NCBI GenBank assembly: GCA_965228475.1
Contig: OZ245817.1
Location: 3,072,001 to 3,136,000 of the forward strand
Origin: Myxococcota bacterium
GTDB taxonomy: Bacteria; Myxococcota_A; UBA9160; JAFDDA01
Direction: 5' to 3'
Length of the DNA: 64,000 nucleotides
Shown here: piece by piece, positions 36,380 to 47,334 of the stretch
Layout of the letters: each line of letters starts with the position of its first letter
How positions within the stretch are numbered: position 1 is the stretch's first letter
The notes under the pieces: generated by a model
Told to the model about the DNA's origin: nothing
Seen by the model: the letters and a program-made list of their open reading frames with translations, nothing else
Database searches by the model: none
Translations under genes and position numbers: made by a program

Positions 36380-37339
36380 TTGCCGGATCGCTACCACCAC
36401 CGGCCGGTCCTGCTCGAGGAGACACTCTCCCTTCTCGCCCTCGAGCCCGGCGCCTGCGTGGTCGACGGCACCGTCGGTGGAGGGGGCCACGCCGCCGCGA
36501 TCCTCGAGCGGACGGCTCCCACGGGCACGCTGATCGGCCTCGACGTGGACGACGAGGCCTTGGGGGAAGCGGGTCGCGTCTTGCGGCCCTACGGAGAGCG
36601 GGCTCGGCTGGTCCGGTCTTCGTATCGCAGATTGAACTTGGTTCTCGAGGAGCTCGGGATGACCCGGGTCGACGCGATCCTGCTGGATCTCGGCGTTTCC
36701 TCTCGTCACCTGGACGCGGCGGAGCGAGGCTTCCGCTTTGCGCAGGAGTCGGCGGAGGCGACGCCGCTCGACATGCGCATGGACCGCCGTCTCGAAGAGA
36801 CGGCCGCGGACCTGCTCGCGCGCGCCACGGCGGAGGAGCTCCAGAGCCTGTTCAGCCGGTATGGCGAGCTCCCGGGCTCGCGCACCCTCGCCCGAGCCAT
36901 CTGCGAAGCGCGGCGCGAAGCCCCGCTGCGCACCGCGGCGGACCTGCTGCGCGTGATCGACGAGGCGGGGATCGGCCGCGGCCGGAAGCACCACCCGGCG
37001 ACCCTCGTCTTCCAGGCCCTGCGCATCGCCGTGAACGACGAGCTCGAGGGCCTGCGCGAGGGCATCGCCCACGGCATCGAGGCCCTCGCCCCGGGCGGCC
37101 ACCTCGCCGTGATCGCCTACCACTCCCTCGAGGACCGGATCGTGAAGAACGCGATCCGCGACGCCGTACGCGGCTGCCTGTGCCCCCCGCGCCAGCCCGT
37201 CTGCACCTGCGGCCTCGAGCCCACCCTCGAACGCACGACGCGCCGGCCCGTGATGGCCGGCGAAGCAGAGACCCGCGAGAACCCCCGCGCGCGCTCGGCG
37301 CGCCTGCGGGTGGCCCGCAAGCTGGCGGCGGCGTCCTGA
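36380..37339 (+). CDS. rsmH: 16S rRNA m4C1402 methyltransferase
   Basis: HRPVLLEE, DGTVGGGGH, DLGVSS, PLDMRMD, FQALRIAVNDEL, NPRARSA; TTG start after GAGGAGG. Confidence 0.96.
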   Translation: MPDRYHHRPVLLEETLSLLALEPGACVVDGTVGGGGHAAAILERTAPTGTLIGLDVDDEALGEAGRVLRPYGERARLVRSSYRRLNLVLEELGMTRVDAILLDLGVSSRHLDAAERGFRFAQESAEATPLDMRMDRRLEETAADLLARATAEELQSLFSRYGELPGSRTLARAICEARREAPLRTAADLLRVIDEAGIGRGRKHHPATLVFQALRIAVNDELEGLREGIAHGIEALAPGGHLAVIAYHSLEDRIVKNAIRDAVRGCLCPPRQPVCTCGLEPTLERTTRRPVMAGEAETRENPRARSARLRVARKLAAAS

Positions 37340-37367
37340 TGACGCCGACCCGGGAGGAGGCTTCCTG

Positions 37368-37727
37368 ATGGCGACCCTGCTCGGCGCGGAGTGGATCGAT
37401 TGGGAACGGGAGCGCCTTCGCGCGTGGACGCGGGAGGCGCGGCGCTGGGTCGCGCCCTTCCTGGTGGGCGCCGCCCTGGCCGGCCTCGCCCTGGTCGCCC
37501 TGCGCGGGAACATCCTCCAGATGCGCTACCAGCTCGACGCGGCCTACCGCCACGAGAGCGAGCTCGCCAAAGAGACCGCCACCCTGGCCGGGCGCTACTG
37601 GGAGCTGCGGGATCCGTCCCGGCTCGGGCAGAAGGCCGGTCACGCCTTCTCCGTGCCCTCCTGCGTGGCGCGCGTGCGGCCCGACGGTTCGCGCCCGCAC
37701 TTCGACCCCGCCGAGTGTGGCCGATGA
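37368..37727 (+). CDS. ftsL: Cell division protein FtsL-like
   Basis: Sits between rsmH and ftsI; single TM followed by a coiled coil ending LRDPSRL. Confidence 0.75.
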   Translation: MATLLGAEWIDWERERLRAWTREARRWVAPFLVGAALAGLALVALRGNILQMRYQLDAAYRHESELAKETATLAGRYWELRDPSRLGQKAGHAFSVPSCVARVRPDGSRPHFDPAECGR

Positions 37728-39487
37728 GAAGCGCCGATCTCTCGCGAACCGCAAAGCGCGTCGCCGCCGTACGGATCGTCCTCCTCGTCGCCCTCGCCCT
37801 GGTCGGTCTGCGTGCCGGATACCTCGTGAGCGACGACCGCGCGAGCGCACGGGTGGTCGGCCAGGTCGACACCCAGCTCCGCGTCCCCGCGACGCGCGGC
37901 GAGATCCTCGACCGCTCCGAGCGCCAGTTCGCCGTCTCGATCGACGCGCCGTCGGTGTACGCGATCCCCGCGGAGATCCAGGACGCCGACGCGGCCGCCC
38001 GCAAGCTCTCCCGCGTGCTCGACATCCCGCGCAAGACGCTGCGCAAGCGCATCACGATGGAGAGCCCCTTCGTCTTCCTCTCCCGCTGGGTGTCCGAGAA
38101 GGAGAAGGAGCGCATCCTCGCCCTCGAGCTGCCGGGCATCGGCATCCTGCCCGAACCCAAGCGCCTCTACCCCATGGGCACGAGCGCGGGCGCCGTCGTC
38201 GGCTTCATGAACGTCGACGGCGAAGGCGTGCGCGGCATCGAGCAGGCCGAGAACGATTGGCTCCAGGGCGCCATGAAGAGCTACCCGGTCGAGCGCGATG
38301 CGCGCGGGCGGAAGCTCCCGCGCGCGGGCGTCGACCCCCGGGCCACCGTCGGCGGCGACGTCCGGCTGACCCTCGACGGCGCGATGCAGGCGGCCGCCGA
38401 GTCCGCCCTGTTCGACGCCGTCGAGGCCCACGAGGCCGCGGGCGGGATCCTGGTGACGCTCGACCCGCGCACCGGCGACCTCCTGGCCATCGCCGAGGCG
38501 CCGGGCTTCGACCCGAACCGCTTCCGCAAGGCGGCCTTCGGCGACTCCCGCGCCCGGAGCTTCGTCGACGTCCTCGAGCCCGGCTCCGTGATGAAGGCCT
38601 TCCTGCTGGCGGGCGCCCTCGAACACGGCGTCGTGTCGCTCGACGAGGAGATCGACTGCGAGGGCGGGAGCTTCCGGCTCCCCGGCAAGACCATCCGGGA
38701 CCACGATCCTTACGATCGCCTCGATCTCGCCGGAATTCTGGCGCATTCGAGCAACATCGGCGCCACGAAGATCGCATACCGTCTCGGCGCCGAGCGACAC
38801 TTCGAGCTGTTGCGCGCCTTCGGCTTCGGCGTGCGCAGCGGGAGCGGCTTCCCCGGAGAGTCCTCCGGCATCCTGCGCAGCTGGGAGCGATGGCGACCCG
38901 TGGACCACGCCAACGTGGCATTCGGACAGGGCATGAACGTGACGGCCGTCCAGCTCGCGGCGGCCACGGCCGCTCTTGCGAACGACGGCGTCTGGCGCGC
39001 TCCCCGCATCGTCGAAGCCCGCCGGCGCCGCGGCCAGCCCTGGGCGCCGACCCGCCCGGGCGAGATGCGGCGCGTGGTGAGCAGCGCGACCGCGGCGACC
39101 ACCCTGGCCCTCATGGAGGGCGTCGTCGGGCCGGAGGGCACCGGGCGCATGGCGGGGCTCGAAGGCGTCGCTGTGGCGGGCAAGACCGGCACCGCCCAGA
39201 AGCTCGACGTCGAGAACCGCCGCTACTACCAGGACCGCTTCATCGCCTGGTTCATGGGCGTGGTCCCCGCCGACGACCCGCGCCTCGTGATCGTGGTCGG
39301 GGTCGACGACCCGCAGGGCCGCTTCCACAGCGGCGGCATGGTCGCGGCGCCGCTCTTCGCCGAGGTCGCCGCCCGCCAGCTCGTCCACCTCGGCGTCTTC
39401 ACCCGCCCCGCGCCGATCGCGAAGGCGAAGAAGCCCACGCAGCAGGAAGCCCGGCGGACCCCGCACGGACGGAGGACCTCGGGCTGA
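37724..39487 (+). CDS. ftsI: Class B PBP (FtsI/PBP3)
   Basis: RGEILDRS, RLYPMG, EPGSVMK (SxxK), SSN, KTGTAQ. Confidence 0.93.
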   Translation: MRSADLSRTAKRVAAVRIVLLVALALVGLRAGYLVSDDRASARVVGQVDTQLRVPATRGEILDRSERQFAVSIDAPSVYAIPAEIQDADAAARKLSRVLDIPRKTLRKRITMESPFVFLSRWVSEKEKERILALELPGIGILPEPKRLYPMGTSAGAVVGFMNVDGEGVRGIEQAENDWLQGAMKSYPVERDARGRKLPRAGVDPRATVGGDVRLTLDGAMQAAAESALFDAVEAHEAAGGILVTLDPRTGDLLAIAEAPGFDPNRFRKAAFGDSRARSFVDVLEPGSVMKAFLLAGALEHGVVSLDEEIDCEGGSFRLPGKTIRDHDPYDRLDLAGILAHSSNIGATKIAYRLGAERHFELLRAFGFGVRSGSGFPGESSGILRSWERWRPVDHANVAFGQGMNVTAVQLAAATAALANDGVWRAPRIVEARRRRGQPWAPTRPGEMRRVVSSATAATTLALMEGVVGPEGTGRMAGLEGVAVAGKTGTAQKLDVENRRYYQDRFIAWFMGVVPADDPRLVIVVGVDDPQGRFHSGGMVAAPLFAEVAARQLVHLGVFTRPAPIAKAKKPTQQEARRTPHGRRTSG

Positions 39488-41016
39488 TGCGACTCGCCGA
39501 GCTGCTGCAAGCCCTCGATGCAGAGCACGACGCCCGGCTCGACGGCGCCGACGCGAGCGAAGTGATCGTTCGCGGCCTGACCTACGACTCCCGGGCCGTC
39601 GCACCCGGGGACCTCTTCGTGGCCCTCGCCGGCGAACTCCACGATGGCCACGCCTACGTCGCCCAGGCCGCCAAGCTCGGCGCCTCGGCCCTGCTCGTCG
39701 AGAGCACGGAAGCCGCACTGCCGAGCGGCGTGCCGGTGATCCAGGTGCGGGACACCCGGCGCGCCCTCGCCCCTCTGGCGCGCCGCTTCTTCGGCGATCC
39801 GGCTTCGGAGCTCGACCTCGTCGGCGTGACCGGGACCAACGGCAAGACGAGCACCACCTACCTCGTCGAAGCCATGTTGCGCGAGGCGGGCCGGCGCGTC
39901 GGACTGATCGGCACGGTCGAGATCCGGCACCCGGGCTCGCGCACGACCGCGGTGAACACCACCCCCGAGAGTCTCGACCTCCAGCGCACGCTGCGCGCCA
40001 TGTGCACGAACCAGGTGGATGCCGTGGTGATGGAGGTCTCGAGCCACGGCCTGTCCCTCGGCCGCGTGGCGGGCTGCCGCTTCGCCGTCGCCGCGATCCT
40101 GAACCTGACTCCGGAGCACCTCGACTTCCACGGCGACATGGACCGCTACGCGGAAGCCAAGCAGCGACTCTTCCGGGACCACCTGCGCGAGGGTGCACGC
40201 GCCGTCGTGAACCTCGACGAGCCGCGGGCCGAGGCCTTCCTCGCGGCCGCGCGCGAAGCCGGCGCCGCGATCCTCACTACCGCGAGCAGCGGGGACGCGG
40301 ACGTCGTCCTCGAGGACGCGGACGTCGCCCTCACGGGCACGCGCGCGCGCCTGCGCATCGGCGGCGAACCGGTCACGCTGACGCTCCCGCTCCTCGGCGA
40401 CTTCAACCTCGAGAACCTGCGCGTGGCGGCGACCATCGTCCACGCCCTCGGGGTTCCCGCCGAAGCGATCGCGCGCGGGGCCGAGCACTGCCCGCAGGTC
40501 CCGGGACGACTCGAGCGGGTCGGGGACGATGTCGACCTGCCGACCGTCCTCGTCGACTACGCGCACACACCCGACGCCCTCGAGAAGCTCCTCCGCACGG
40601 TCCGCCCCCTCTCCCCGGGCCGGCTGCTCGCGGTCTTCGGCTGCGGCGGAGACCGCGACCGTACGAAGCGCGCGCCGATGGCCCAGGCCGTGGCCCGCCA
40701 CGCCGACCTCGCGATCGCCACGAGCGACAATCCACGCACGGAGGATCCGCTGGCCATCCTCGCCGAGGTCGAGGCCGGCCTCGACAAGCTCCCCGAGCGC
40801 TCCCTCGACGAGCTCGCGAGCGCGGCGAACGGCTACTGCATCGAGCCCGACCGCCGGACGGCCATCGAGCGCGCCGTCGCGGCCGCGCGAAGCGAAGACA
40901 CCGTGGTGATCGCGGGCAAGGGCCACGAGGACTACCAGATCATCGGCCGGGATCGCCTGCCCTTCGACGACCGCCGGGAAGCCCTGCGCGCGCTGGCCGC
41001 ACGGGAGGCCTCGTGA
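39487..41016 (+). CDS. murE: UDP-MurNAc-dipeptide:meso-DAP ligase
   Basis: GVTGTNGKTS, NTTPES, MEVSSH, DYAHTPD, DNPR (mDAP specificity), GKGHE. Confidence 0.95.
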   Translation: MRLAELLQALDAEHDARLDGADASEVIVRGLTYDSRAVAPGDLFVALAGELHDGHAYVAQAAKLGASALLVESTEAALPSGVPVIQVRDTRRALAPLARRFFGDPASELDLVGVTGTNGKTSTTYLVEAMLREAGRRVGLIGTVEIRHPGSRTTAVNTTPESLDLQRTLRAMCTNQVDAVVMEVSSHGLSLGRVAGCRFAVAAILNLTPEHLDFHGDMDRYAEAKQRLFRDHLREGARAVVNLDEPRAEAFLAAAREAGAAILTTASSGDADVVLEDADVALTGTRARLRIGGEPVTLTLPLLGDFNLENLRVAATIVHALGVPAEAIARGAEHCPQVPGRLERVGDDVDLPTVLVDYAHTPDALEKLLRTVRPLSPGRLLAVFGCGGDRDRTKRAPMAQAVARHADLAIATSDNPRTEDPLAILAEVEAGLDKLPERSLDELASAANGYCIEPDRRTAIERAVAAARSEDTVVIAGKGHEDYQIIGRDRLPFDDRREALRALAAREAS

Positions 41017-42419
41017 TCGCCCCGCTCACCGCCGAGGACGTCGTGCGCGCGAGCGGTGGCGCGCTGCTCTCCGGCGATGCGTCCACGCGCTTTGCCGGGG
41101 TCTCCATCGACACGCGAACGATCGAGCCCGGGTTCCTGTTCTTCGCGATCCGCGGCCCGAACCACGATGCCCACCGCTTCCTCGGCGACGCCACGGCCCG
41201 CGGCGCAGCGGGCCTCGTCGTCGAGCACGCGGATTCCCTGCCCGAGGGCGACGCCGTCGTGATCCGGGTGCCGGACACGAGCGTGGCGCTCCGGGCCGTC
41301 GCCGCCGCCCATCGCGCCCGCTTCGAAGGCCCGCTCATCGCCATCACCGGGAGCAACGGGAAGACGACCACCAAGGAGATGTGCGCCGCGATCCTCTCGC
41401 GGCGGGCGCCCTGTCTCCGCACGCGCGGCAACCTGAACAACGAGTACGGCGTTCCGTTGACGCTGCTCTCCCGCCGCGAAGGCGACGCCGCCGCCGTGGT
41501 CGAGCTCGGCATGAACCACCGGGGCGAGATCTCGGCGCTCGCGGCCATCGCCCGGGCCGACATCGGCGTGGTCACGAACGTCGGCACCGCACACATCGAG
41601 CACCTCGGAAGCCGCGAGGAGATCGCGCTCGAGAAGACCGACCTGCTCGCGGCCCTCGGCGAGGACGGCACGGCCATCCTCCACGGAGACGATCCCCTCC
41701 TTCGCGCGGAGATCCCGCGCATTCGTGCCCGCGTCGTGACCTTCGGCCTCGACGCCGCGTGCGACGTTCGCGCCGAGAACGTCGAGCGGCCCGAGCCGGG
41801 GCGCTTCGCCTTCGATCTGCTCGGAGATGGCAAGCGCCTCGCCGTGCGCGTCGCCGGCCTGCACGAGGGCACGGTGCCGAACGCCCTGGCCGCCGCGACC
41901 GCCGCACGGGTCGCCGGCGCCTCGGACGACGACGTCGCCGCCGGCCTCGCCGCCTACGAGCCGCCTCCGGGACGCATGAACTTCCGCGCGCTCGGCGAAG
42001 ACCGCTACCTCATCGACGACACCTACAACGCGAACCCCCAGTCCATGGCCGCGGCGCTCACGGGCCTCGTCGGGGTACGCGGAAGCGGACGGGTCCTCGC
42101 CGTTCTCGGCGACATGGGGGAACTCGGCGAAACCGCCGACGCTGCGCACCGGGAGGCCGGAGCGCTCGCGGCGCGCCTGGGCGTGGACGGCCTGGCGGCC
42201 CTGGGCGAACGCGCGAGCGGCGTCGTCGCGGGAGCCATCGCCGAGGGGCTTCCCCGCGAGCGTGCGTTTGTGGGCAAGACCCACGAAGAGATCATCGAGC
42301 GTCTGCTCGAAGAGATGCAACCCGGAGATCGCGTCCTCGTGAAGGGGTCGCGCGCCATGAAGATGGAGCGCGTCGTCGAAGGCCTCACGGCAGGACTCTC
42401 CGAAGGCCAAGGAGCCTGA
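41013..42419 (+). CDS. murF: UDP-MurNAc-tripeptide:D-Ala-D-Ala ligase
   Basis: ITGSNGKTTTK, NLNNEYG, ELGMNH, DDTYNANP, GDMGELG, KGSR. Confidence 0.95.
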   Translation: MIAPLTAEDVVRASGGALLSGDASTRFAGVSIDTRTIEPGFLFFAIRGPNHDAHRFLGDATARGAAGLVVEHADSLPEGDAVVIRVPDTSVALRAVAAAHRARFEGPLIAITGSNGKTTTKEMCAAILSRRAPCLRTRGNLNNEYGVPLTLLSRREGDAAAVVELGMNHRGEISALAAIARADIGVVTNVGTAHIEHLGSREEIALEKTDLLAALGEDGTAILHGDDPLLRAEIPRIRARVVTFGLDAACDVRAENVERPEPGRFAFDLLGDGKRLAVRVAGLHEGTVPNALAAATAARVAGASDDDVAAGLAAYEPPPGRMNFRALGEDRYLIDDTYNANPQSMAAALTGLVGVRGSGRVLAVLGDMGELGETADAAHREAGALAARLGVDGLAALGERASGVVAGAIAEGLPRERAFVGKTHEEIIERLLEEMQPGDRVLVKGSRAMKMERVVEGLTAGLSEGQGA

Positions 42420-43493
42420 ATGCTCTACCACCTGCTCTTCCCGCTCGCTTCGGACGTCGGCGCCTTCAACGTCGTCCGCTACATCACGTTCCGCGCGGGC
42501 GCTGCGGCGCTGACGGCGCTCTTCATCGCCTTCGTCGTCGGCCCGCCGCTGATCCGCGCCCTCGGGCGGCTGCGCGCCGGCCAGCCGATCCGCGAGATCG
42601 GCCCCGCGCACGAGCACAAGGCCGGCACGCCGACCATGGGCGGCCTGCTGATCCTGCTCGCCCTGCTCGTCTCGGTCCTGCTCTGGTCCGAACTCGACAA
42701 CCGCTTCGTCTGGATCCTGCTCTTCATCACGGCGGGCTACGGCCTGCTCGGGTTCGCCGACGACTACCTCAAGGTGACGAGCGGCAAGAACGACGGCATC
42801 AGCGGCCGGATGAAGCTCTTCTGGCAGACGCTGCTCGCCCTCGGCGTCTCCGTCGCCATCTACATGGACCCGGGCTTCGACCAGGAGCTCTCGGTCCCCT
42901 TCTTCAAGGACTTCACGCCCTACCTCGGCGTCCTCTACATCCCGCTCGCCGTTTTCATCATCGTGGGCGCGAGCAACGCCGTGAACCTGACCGACGGGCT
43001 CGACGGCCTCGCGATCGGACCGGTGATGATCGCGGCGGGCACGATGGGCCTGCTCTCCTACGTCGCCGGAAACACCGTGATCGCCGAGTACCTGGGCATC
43101 AAATACGTCGCCGGGACCGGCCAGCTCGCGATCTTCTGCGCCGCACTGATCGGTGGCGGCCTCGGCTTCCTCTGGTTCAACGCGTATCCCGCCCAGCTCT
43201 TCATGGGCGACGTCGGCTCGCTGGCCCTCGGCGGCGCACTCGGGACGATCTCCGTCGTGATCCGTCAGGAGATCCTGCTCGGCGTCGTCGGCGGGATCTT
43301 CGTGCTCGAGGCCCTCTCGGTGATGATCCAGGTCGCCTCCTTCAAGATGACCGGCAAGCGGGTCTTCCTGATGGCGCCGATCCATCACCACTACGAACAG
43401 AAGGGCTGGGCCGAGCAGCAGATCGTGGTCCGCTTCTGGATCATCTCCATCATCCTGGCGCTGCTCGCGCTCTCCTCCCTGAAGCTGCGCTGA
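42420..43493 (+). CDS. mraY: Phospho-MurNAc-pentapeptide transferase
   Basis: KAGTPTMGG, NAVNLTDGLDGL, FMGDVGSL, MAPIHHHYE. Confidence 0.97.
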   Translation: MLYHLLFPLASDVGAFNVVRYITFRAGAAALTALFIAFVVGPPLIRALGRLRAGQPIREIGPAHEHKAGTPTMGGLLILLALLVSVLLWSELDNRFVWILLFITAGYGLLGFADDYLKVTSGKNDGISGRMKLFWQTLLALGVSVAIYMDPGFDQELSVPFFKDFTPYLGVLYIPLAVFIIVGASNAVNLTDGLDGLAIGPVMIAAGTMGLLSYVAGNTVIAEYLGIKYVAGTGQLAIFCAALIGGGLGFLWFNAYPAQLFMGDVGSLALGGALGTISVVIRQEILLGVVGGIFVLEALSVMIQVASFKMTGKRVFLMAPIHHHYEQKGWAEQQIVVRFWIISIILALLALSSLKLR

Positions 43494-44836
43494 TGGAAGA
43501 ACTCGCCGGACAGCGCGTTCTGGTGCTCGGGCTCGGCATGTCGGGCCGGAGTGCGGCGCGTTTCTGCGCGGAGCGCGGGGCGAGCGTCGTCGCCGCGGAC
43601 GAGCGCGCGGCGGACCGCGAGGATCTTCCGGCCTCGGTCGAGCTCGTGTGCGGCGGCCCGCTGCCCGACGCCGCGGACTTCGACCTCGTCGTCCCCAGCC
43701 CGGGCGTGCCACCCGCGCGCTACGCCGACCGCGCCCGGCGCGTCTGGGGCGACGTCGAGCTCGCGGCCCGCTGCCTCTCCGTCCCGATCGTCGCCGTGAC
43801 CGGCACGAACGGGAAGTCGACGACGGTGCTCCTGGTGCGTGCCCTGCTGCGCGCCGCCGGGCTTCGCGCCGAAGCCGCTGGCAACGTCGGGCGCCCCGTG
43901 CTCGACCTCGTGGGGCAGGCGCTCGACGTCGCCGTCCTCGAGGTCTCCTCCTTCCAGCTCGAGACCGTCGATGCCTTCCGGCCGCGCGTCTCGGTCGTCC
44001 TGAACCTCGCCCCGGACCACCTCGACCGGCACGGCAGCTTCGAGGCCTACGGCGCCGCCAAGGCCCGGATCTTCGCCCGCCAGGAAGCCTCGGACGCCGC
44101 GGTCCTGAACGACGCCGACCCCGTGGTCCGCGAGCTCCCGGGCGACTCGCCGGTGAAGCGCCTGCGCTTCCGCCGCGAAGCGCCGCCGAGCGACCCGGGC
44201 GAAGGCTGTGCGTGGACCGAAGCCGGCGCCGTGCGCGTGCGAACCGGCCAGGGCGAGTTCCGCGTGGGCCTCGAGGCTCTGCCGATCTCGGGCCCCCACA
44301 ACGAGGAGAACCTGATGGCGGCGCTGCTGGCGACGGCCGCCCTGGGCGCCGATCTCGGCAAGGCCGTGGACGCGCTGCCCGGGTTCCGGGGGCTGCCGCA
44401 CCGAAGCGAACTCGTCGCGGACCGTGCGGGCGTCGCCTGGATCGACGACTCCAAGGCGACGAACCCGCACGCCGCCCTGCGCGCCCTCGAGGGATGCACG
44501 TCGCCGGTCGTGTGGATCGCCGGGGGCCGGGACAAGGGGCTCGAGTTCGGCGGGCTCGTGGAATGCGCCGCCGGCCGCGTGCGCGAAGCCGTGCTGATCG
44601 GCGAGGCGGCCCCGAAGATCGCCCAGGCCCTCGAAGGCCGCGTCCCGGCCACGGAGACCGGAAACCTGCGTGCCGCCGTCGCCCGCGCCGCGGCGGTGGC
44701 CCGGCCCGGCGACGTCGTGCTGCTCGCGCCCGCCTGCGCGAGTCAGGACCAGTTCGAGAACTACGAGGCCCGCGGACGCGCCTTCCAGGCGGCCGTCGCG
44801 GAGCTCGGCACACCGGAGACGGGAGACCCGCGATGA
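43493..44836 (+). CDS. murD: UDP-MurNAc-L-Ala:D-Glu ligase
   Basis: GLGMSG, TGTNGKST, EVSSFQL, DHLDRH, DDSKATN, PACASQDQF. Confidence 0.95.
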   Translation: MEELAGQRVLVLGLGMSGRSAARFCAERGASVVAADERAADREDLPASVELVCGGPLPDAADFDLVVPSPGVPPARYADRARRVWGDVELAARCLSVPIVAVTGTNGKSTTVLLVRALLRAAGLRAEAAGNVGRPVLDLVGQALDVAVLEVSSFQLETVDAFRPRVSVVLNLAPDHLDRHGSFEAYGAAKARIFARQEASDAAVLNDADPVVRELPGDSPVKRLRFRREAPPSDPGEGCAWTEAGAVRVRTGQGEFRVGLEALPISGPHNEENLMAALLATAALGADLGKAVDALPGFRGLPHRSELVADRAGVAWIDDSKATNPHAALRALEGCTSPVVWIAGGRDKGLEFGGLVECAAGRVREAVLIGEAAPKIAQALEGRVPATETGNLRAAVARAAAVARPGDVVLLAPACASQDQFENYEARGRAFQAAVAELGTPETGDPR

Positions 44837-46035
44837 ACCGCCGCTCGCAACGCCGCACCCGCACCCGCGCGCGAACGCCCATCGCCGGCGGTCTCCCGCG
44901 CGGCGCGGAGCTCGACGGCGCCCTGCTCACCGCCACGGCGCTCCTCGTCGTGACGGGCCTCCTCATGGTCTACAGCGCCACCGCCACGCGCGATCTCGAA
45001 CGCCTCGTCCCGGTCCACTTCGTGCGTCAGCTCGCCGCCTGCCTCGTTGGCATCGGACTCGCGGCGGGCGCGGCCTTCGTGCCGCTCGAGTGGTGGCGGC
45101 GCAGCGCCTTCGCCCTGTGGGCAGGCGGGGTCGGCCTGCTCGTGCTGACCCTCACGGTCGGTCTCGAGGTGAACGGCGCGCAGCGCTGGCTCACGGTCCC
45201 GGGCATCGGACTCACCTTCCAGCCGGTGGATCTCGCGCGCTTCGCCACGGTGATGGCCGTCGCGACCCTGCTCGCGCCCATCGGCGCGCGCGCGACGCCC
45301 TCCCCGCTCCAGATCGGCGGGTGCCTCGCGCTCGCACTGATCCCTTCGCTCCTGCTGCTCGTCCAACCGGACCTCGGCAGCGCCGCCCTGATCCTCGGGC
45401 TCACGTCCCTGCTGCTCTTCATCGCGGGAACGCCGCTGACCTGGCTGCTCGCGCCGGTGGCCCTCGGGGTCGCCGGGCTCGGAACCCACCTCGCCCTGCG
45501 CGGTTACGCCTGGGACCGGATGGTCGGTTTCCTGCGGCCCTGGGAGACGGCGGACCGCGAAGGTTTCCAGCTCGTCCAGTCCTTCGTGGGGTTCCGGCGC
45601 GGAGGCCTGTTCGGCGAGGGCCTCGGCGACGGGCGCCAGAAGCTCTTCTACCTGCCGGAGACCCACACCGACTTCATCCTCGCCCTGGTCGCGGAGGAAC
45701 TCGGACTCCTGGGCGTGCTCGTGGTCCTCGGCGCCTTCGCGGCACTGCTCGTCGCCGGGACGCGCATCGCGAGCCGGGCCAACTCGCAGTTCGCCGCGCT
45801 CGTCGCCTTCGGCATGACCGCGGGCCTGGTCGTCCCGGCCGTACTGAACGCGGCGGTCGTGACGGGCATGGTTCCGACGAAGGGGCTCGCCCTGCCCTTC
45901 CTTTCCTACGGGCGCACGGGGCTCGTGATGTCCTTCGTCGCACTCGGCGTCCTGCTCGGGATCGGCCTGCGCGACGTCCACGGGCGCCGCCGTGCGGTCC
46001 GCGGCGCGGAACGGCGGAGGATTCGCCGAGGATGA
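44833..46035 (+). CDS. ftsW: SEDS peptidoglycan polymerase FtsW
   Basis: Multi-TM; NGAQRW, QPDLGS, YLPETHTDFI, PTKGLALPFLSYG. Confidence 0.93.
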   Translation: MNRRSQRRTRTRARTPIAGGLPRGAELDGALLTATALLVVTGLLMVYSATATRDLERLVPVHFVRQLAACLVGIGLAAGAAFVPLEWWRRSAFALWAGGVGLLVLTLTVGLEVNGAQRWLTVPGIGLTFQPVDLARFATVMAVATLLAPIGARATPSPLQIGGCLALALIPSLLLLVQPDLGSAALILGLTSLLLFIAGTPLTWLLAPVALGVAGLGTHLALRGYAWDRMVGFLRPWETADREGFQLVQSFVGFRRGGLFGEGLGDGRQKLFYLPETHTDFILALVAEELGLLGVLVVLGAFAALLVAGTRIASRANSQFAALVAFGMTAGLVVPAVLNAAVVTGMVPTKGLALPFLSYGRTGLVMSFVALGVLLGIGLRDVHGRRRAVRGAERRRIRRG

Positions 46036-47171
46036 CGAGCGCGGACCGGACAGCGGCGGGCACGGCGCCGAACGCAGCGGCGGCGACCTGGGCGGTGGCC
46101 GGCGGCGGCACGGGCGGGCACGTCACGATGGCCCTCGCCCTGGCCGAAGAGATCCGCGCGCAAGGCGGCGTCCCGGTCCTGCTCGGGACGAGCCACGGCC
46201 TCGAAGGCGAGATCGTGCCCCGGGCCGGGTTCGAGCTCGTGACCTTCGATGCGCGCCAGGTCATGGGGCAGTCCCTGCTCGCGCGGGCGGGCGCGCTCTT
46301 CGGCCTCGTCCGGACGACCTTCGCCGCGCGCCGGACGCTTCGCGAGCGCAACGTGACCGCAGTGATCTCCGTCGGCGGGTACGCCTCGATGCCGGCCGTG
46401 GCCGCCGCGGCGCTTTCCCGGATCCCGACGGCCCTCGTCGAACCGAACGCGGTGCCGGGCCGGGCGAACCGGCTCATGGCCCGCGTCGCACGGCGGGTAT
46501 TCGTGGGCTTCGACGCGGCGCGCTCCCACCTGCCCACGGACGAGGAACGCGTGCGGACCCTCGGCATCCCCGTCCGCCGCGAGCTCGTCGAGCGATTCGC
46601 GAAGCCGCGTGAGCGGAAGCCGGCTGCGCCGCTGCACCTGCTCGTGGCCGGCGGTAGCCAGGGCGCACGGCAGGTGAACGAGGCGATGATGGAGATCGCG
46701 CCCGGCCTCGATGCCGGCGCCTTCGAGATCTTCCACCAGACCGGCAGCGCGGACCGCGATCGCGTGGAGGCCGCCTACCGCGAGGCCGGGCTCGCAGCCG
46801 AGGTCGCGGCCTTCACGGACGACATGCCCGAGCGCTACCGCTGGGCAGACCTGGCCGTCTGTCGCTCGGGCGCGCTGACCGTGGCCGAGCTCGCCCTCGC
46901 CGGCCTGCCCTCCCTGCTCGTCCCGTACCCCTTCGCCGCGGACGACCACCAGGCGGGCAACGCCAAGGCGCTCGCGGATCTCGGCGGCGCCCGGGTGCTC
47001 GAATCGCGCCCGCTCGACCCGGCGGCGCTCGCCGCCGCCCTCGAAGAATTGCGAGCCGCTCCCGAGCGGCTCGAGACCATGCGAAGCGCGCTCGCGGCCG
47101 GGGCTCGCCCCGCGGCGGCGCGCGAGATCATCGAAGCGTGCGTTTCGGCCCTCGGGCCGCTTCGCACGTAG
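46032..47171 (+). CDS. murG: Lipid II GlcNAc transferase
   Basis: GGGTGGH, GGYAS, EPNAVPG, GGSQGA, RSGALT, DDHQ..NA. Confidence 0.95.
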   Translation: MTSADRTAAGTAPNAAAATWAVAGGGTGGHVTMALALAEEIRAQGGVPVLLGTSHGLEGEIVPRAGFELVTFDARQVMGQSLLARAGALFGLVRTTFAARRTLRERNVTAVISVGGYASMPAVAAAALSRIPTALVEPNAVPGRANRLMARVARRVFVGFDAARSHLPTDEERVRTLGIPVRRELVERFAKPRERKPAAPLHLLVAGGSQGARQVNEAMMEIAPGLDAGAFEIFHQTGSADRDRVEAAYREAGLAAEVAAFTDDMPERYRWADLAVCRSGALTVAELALAGLPSLLVPYPFAADDHQAGNAKALADLGGARVLESRPLDPAALAAALEELRAAPERLETMRSALAAGARPAAAREIIEACVSALGPLRT

Positions 47172-47334
47172 GACGGCGCGTTCTCCGGGGCGGGGCCCAT
47201 CCGATCGGGCTCACGTCTCGGGTCGCTCACGACCCGCCCGCTCGGGCAGCCGTGGGCCCCGCCTCGGCGACGCGCCATCGCGTGTAGTGCGCGCAGCGTG
47301 CCATGTGCACGCGAGCGCAGGAAGGAAGAGCGAG

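Noticed and set aside
36199..37368. 389-aa ORF spanning the mraZ-rsmH spacer
   Set aside because: Off-frame to rsmH with a low-complexity Arg/Pro translation. The spacer is better explained as structured RNA.
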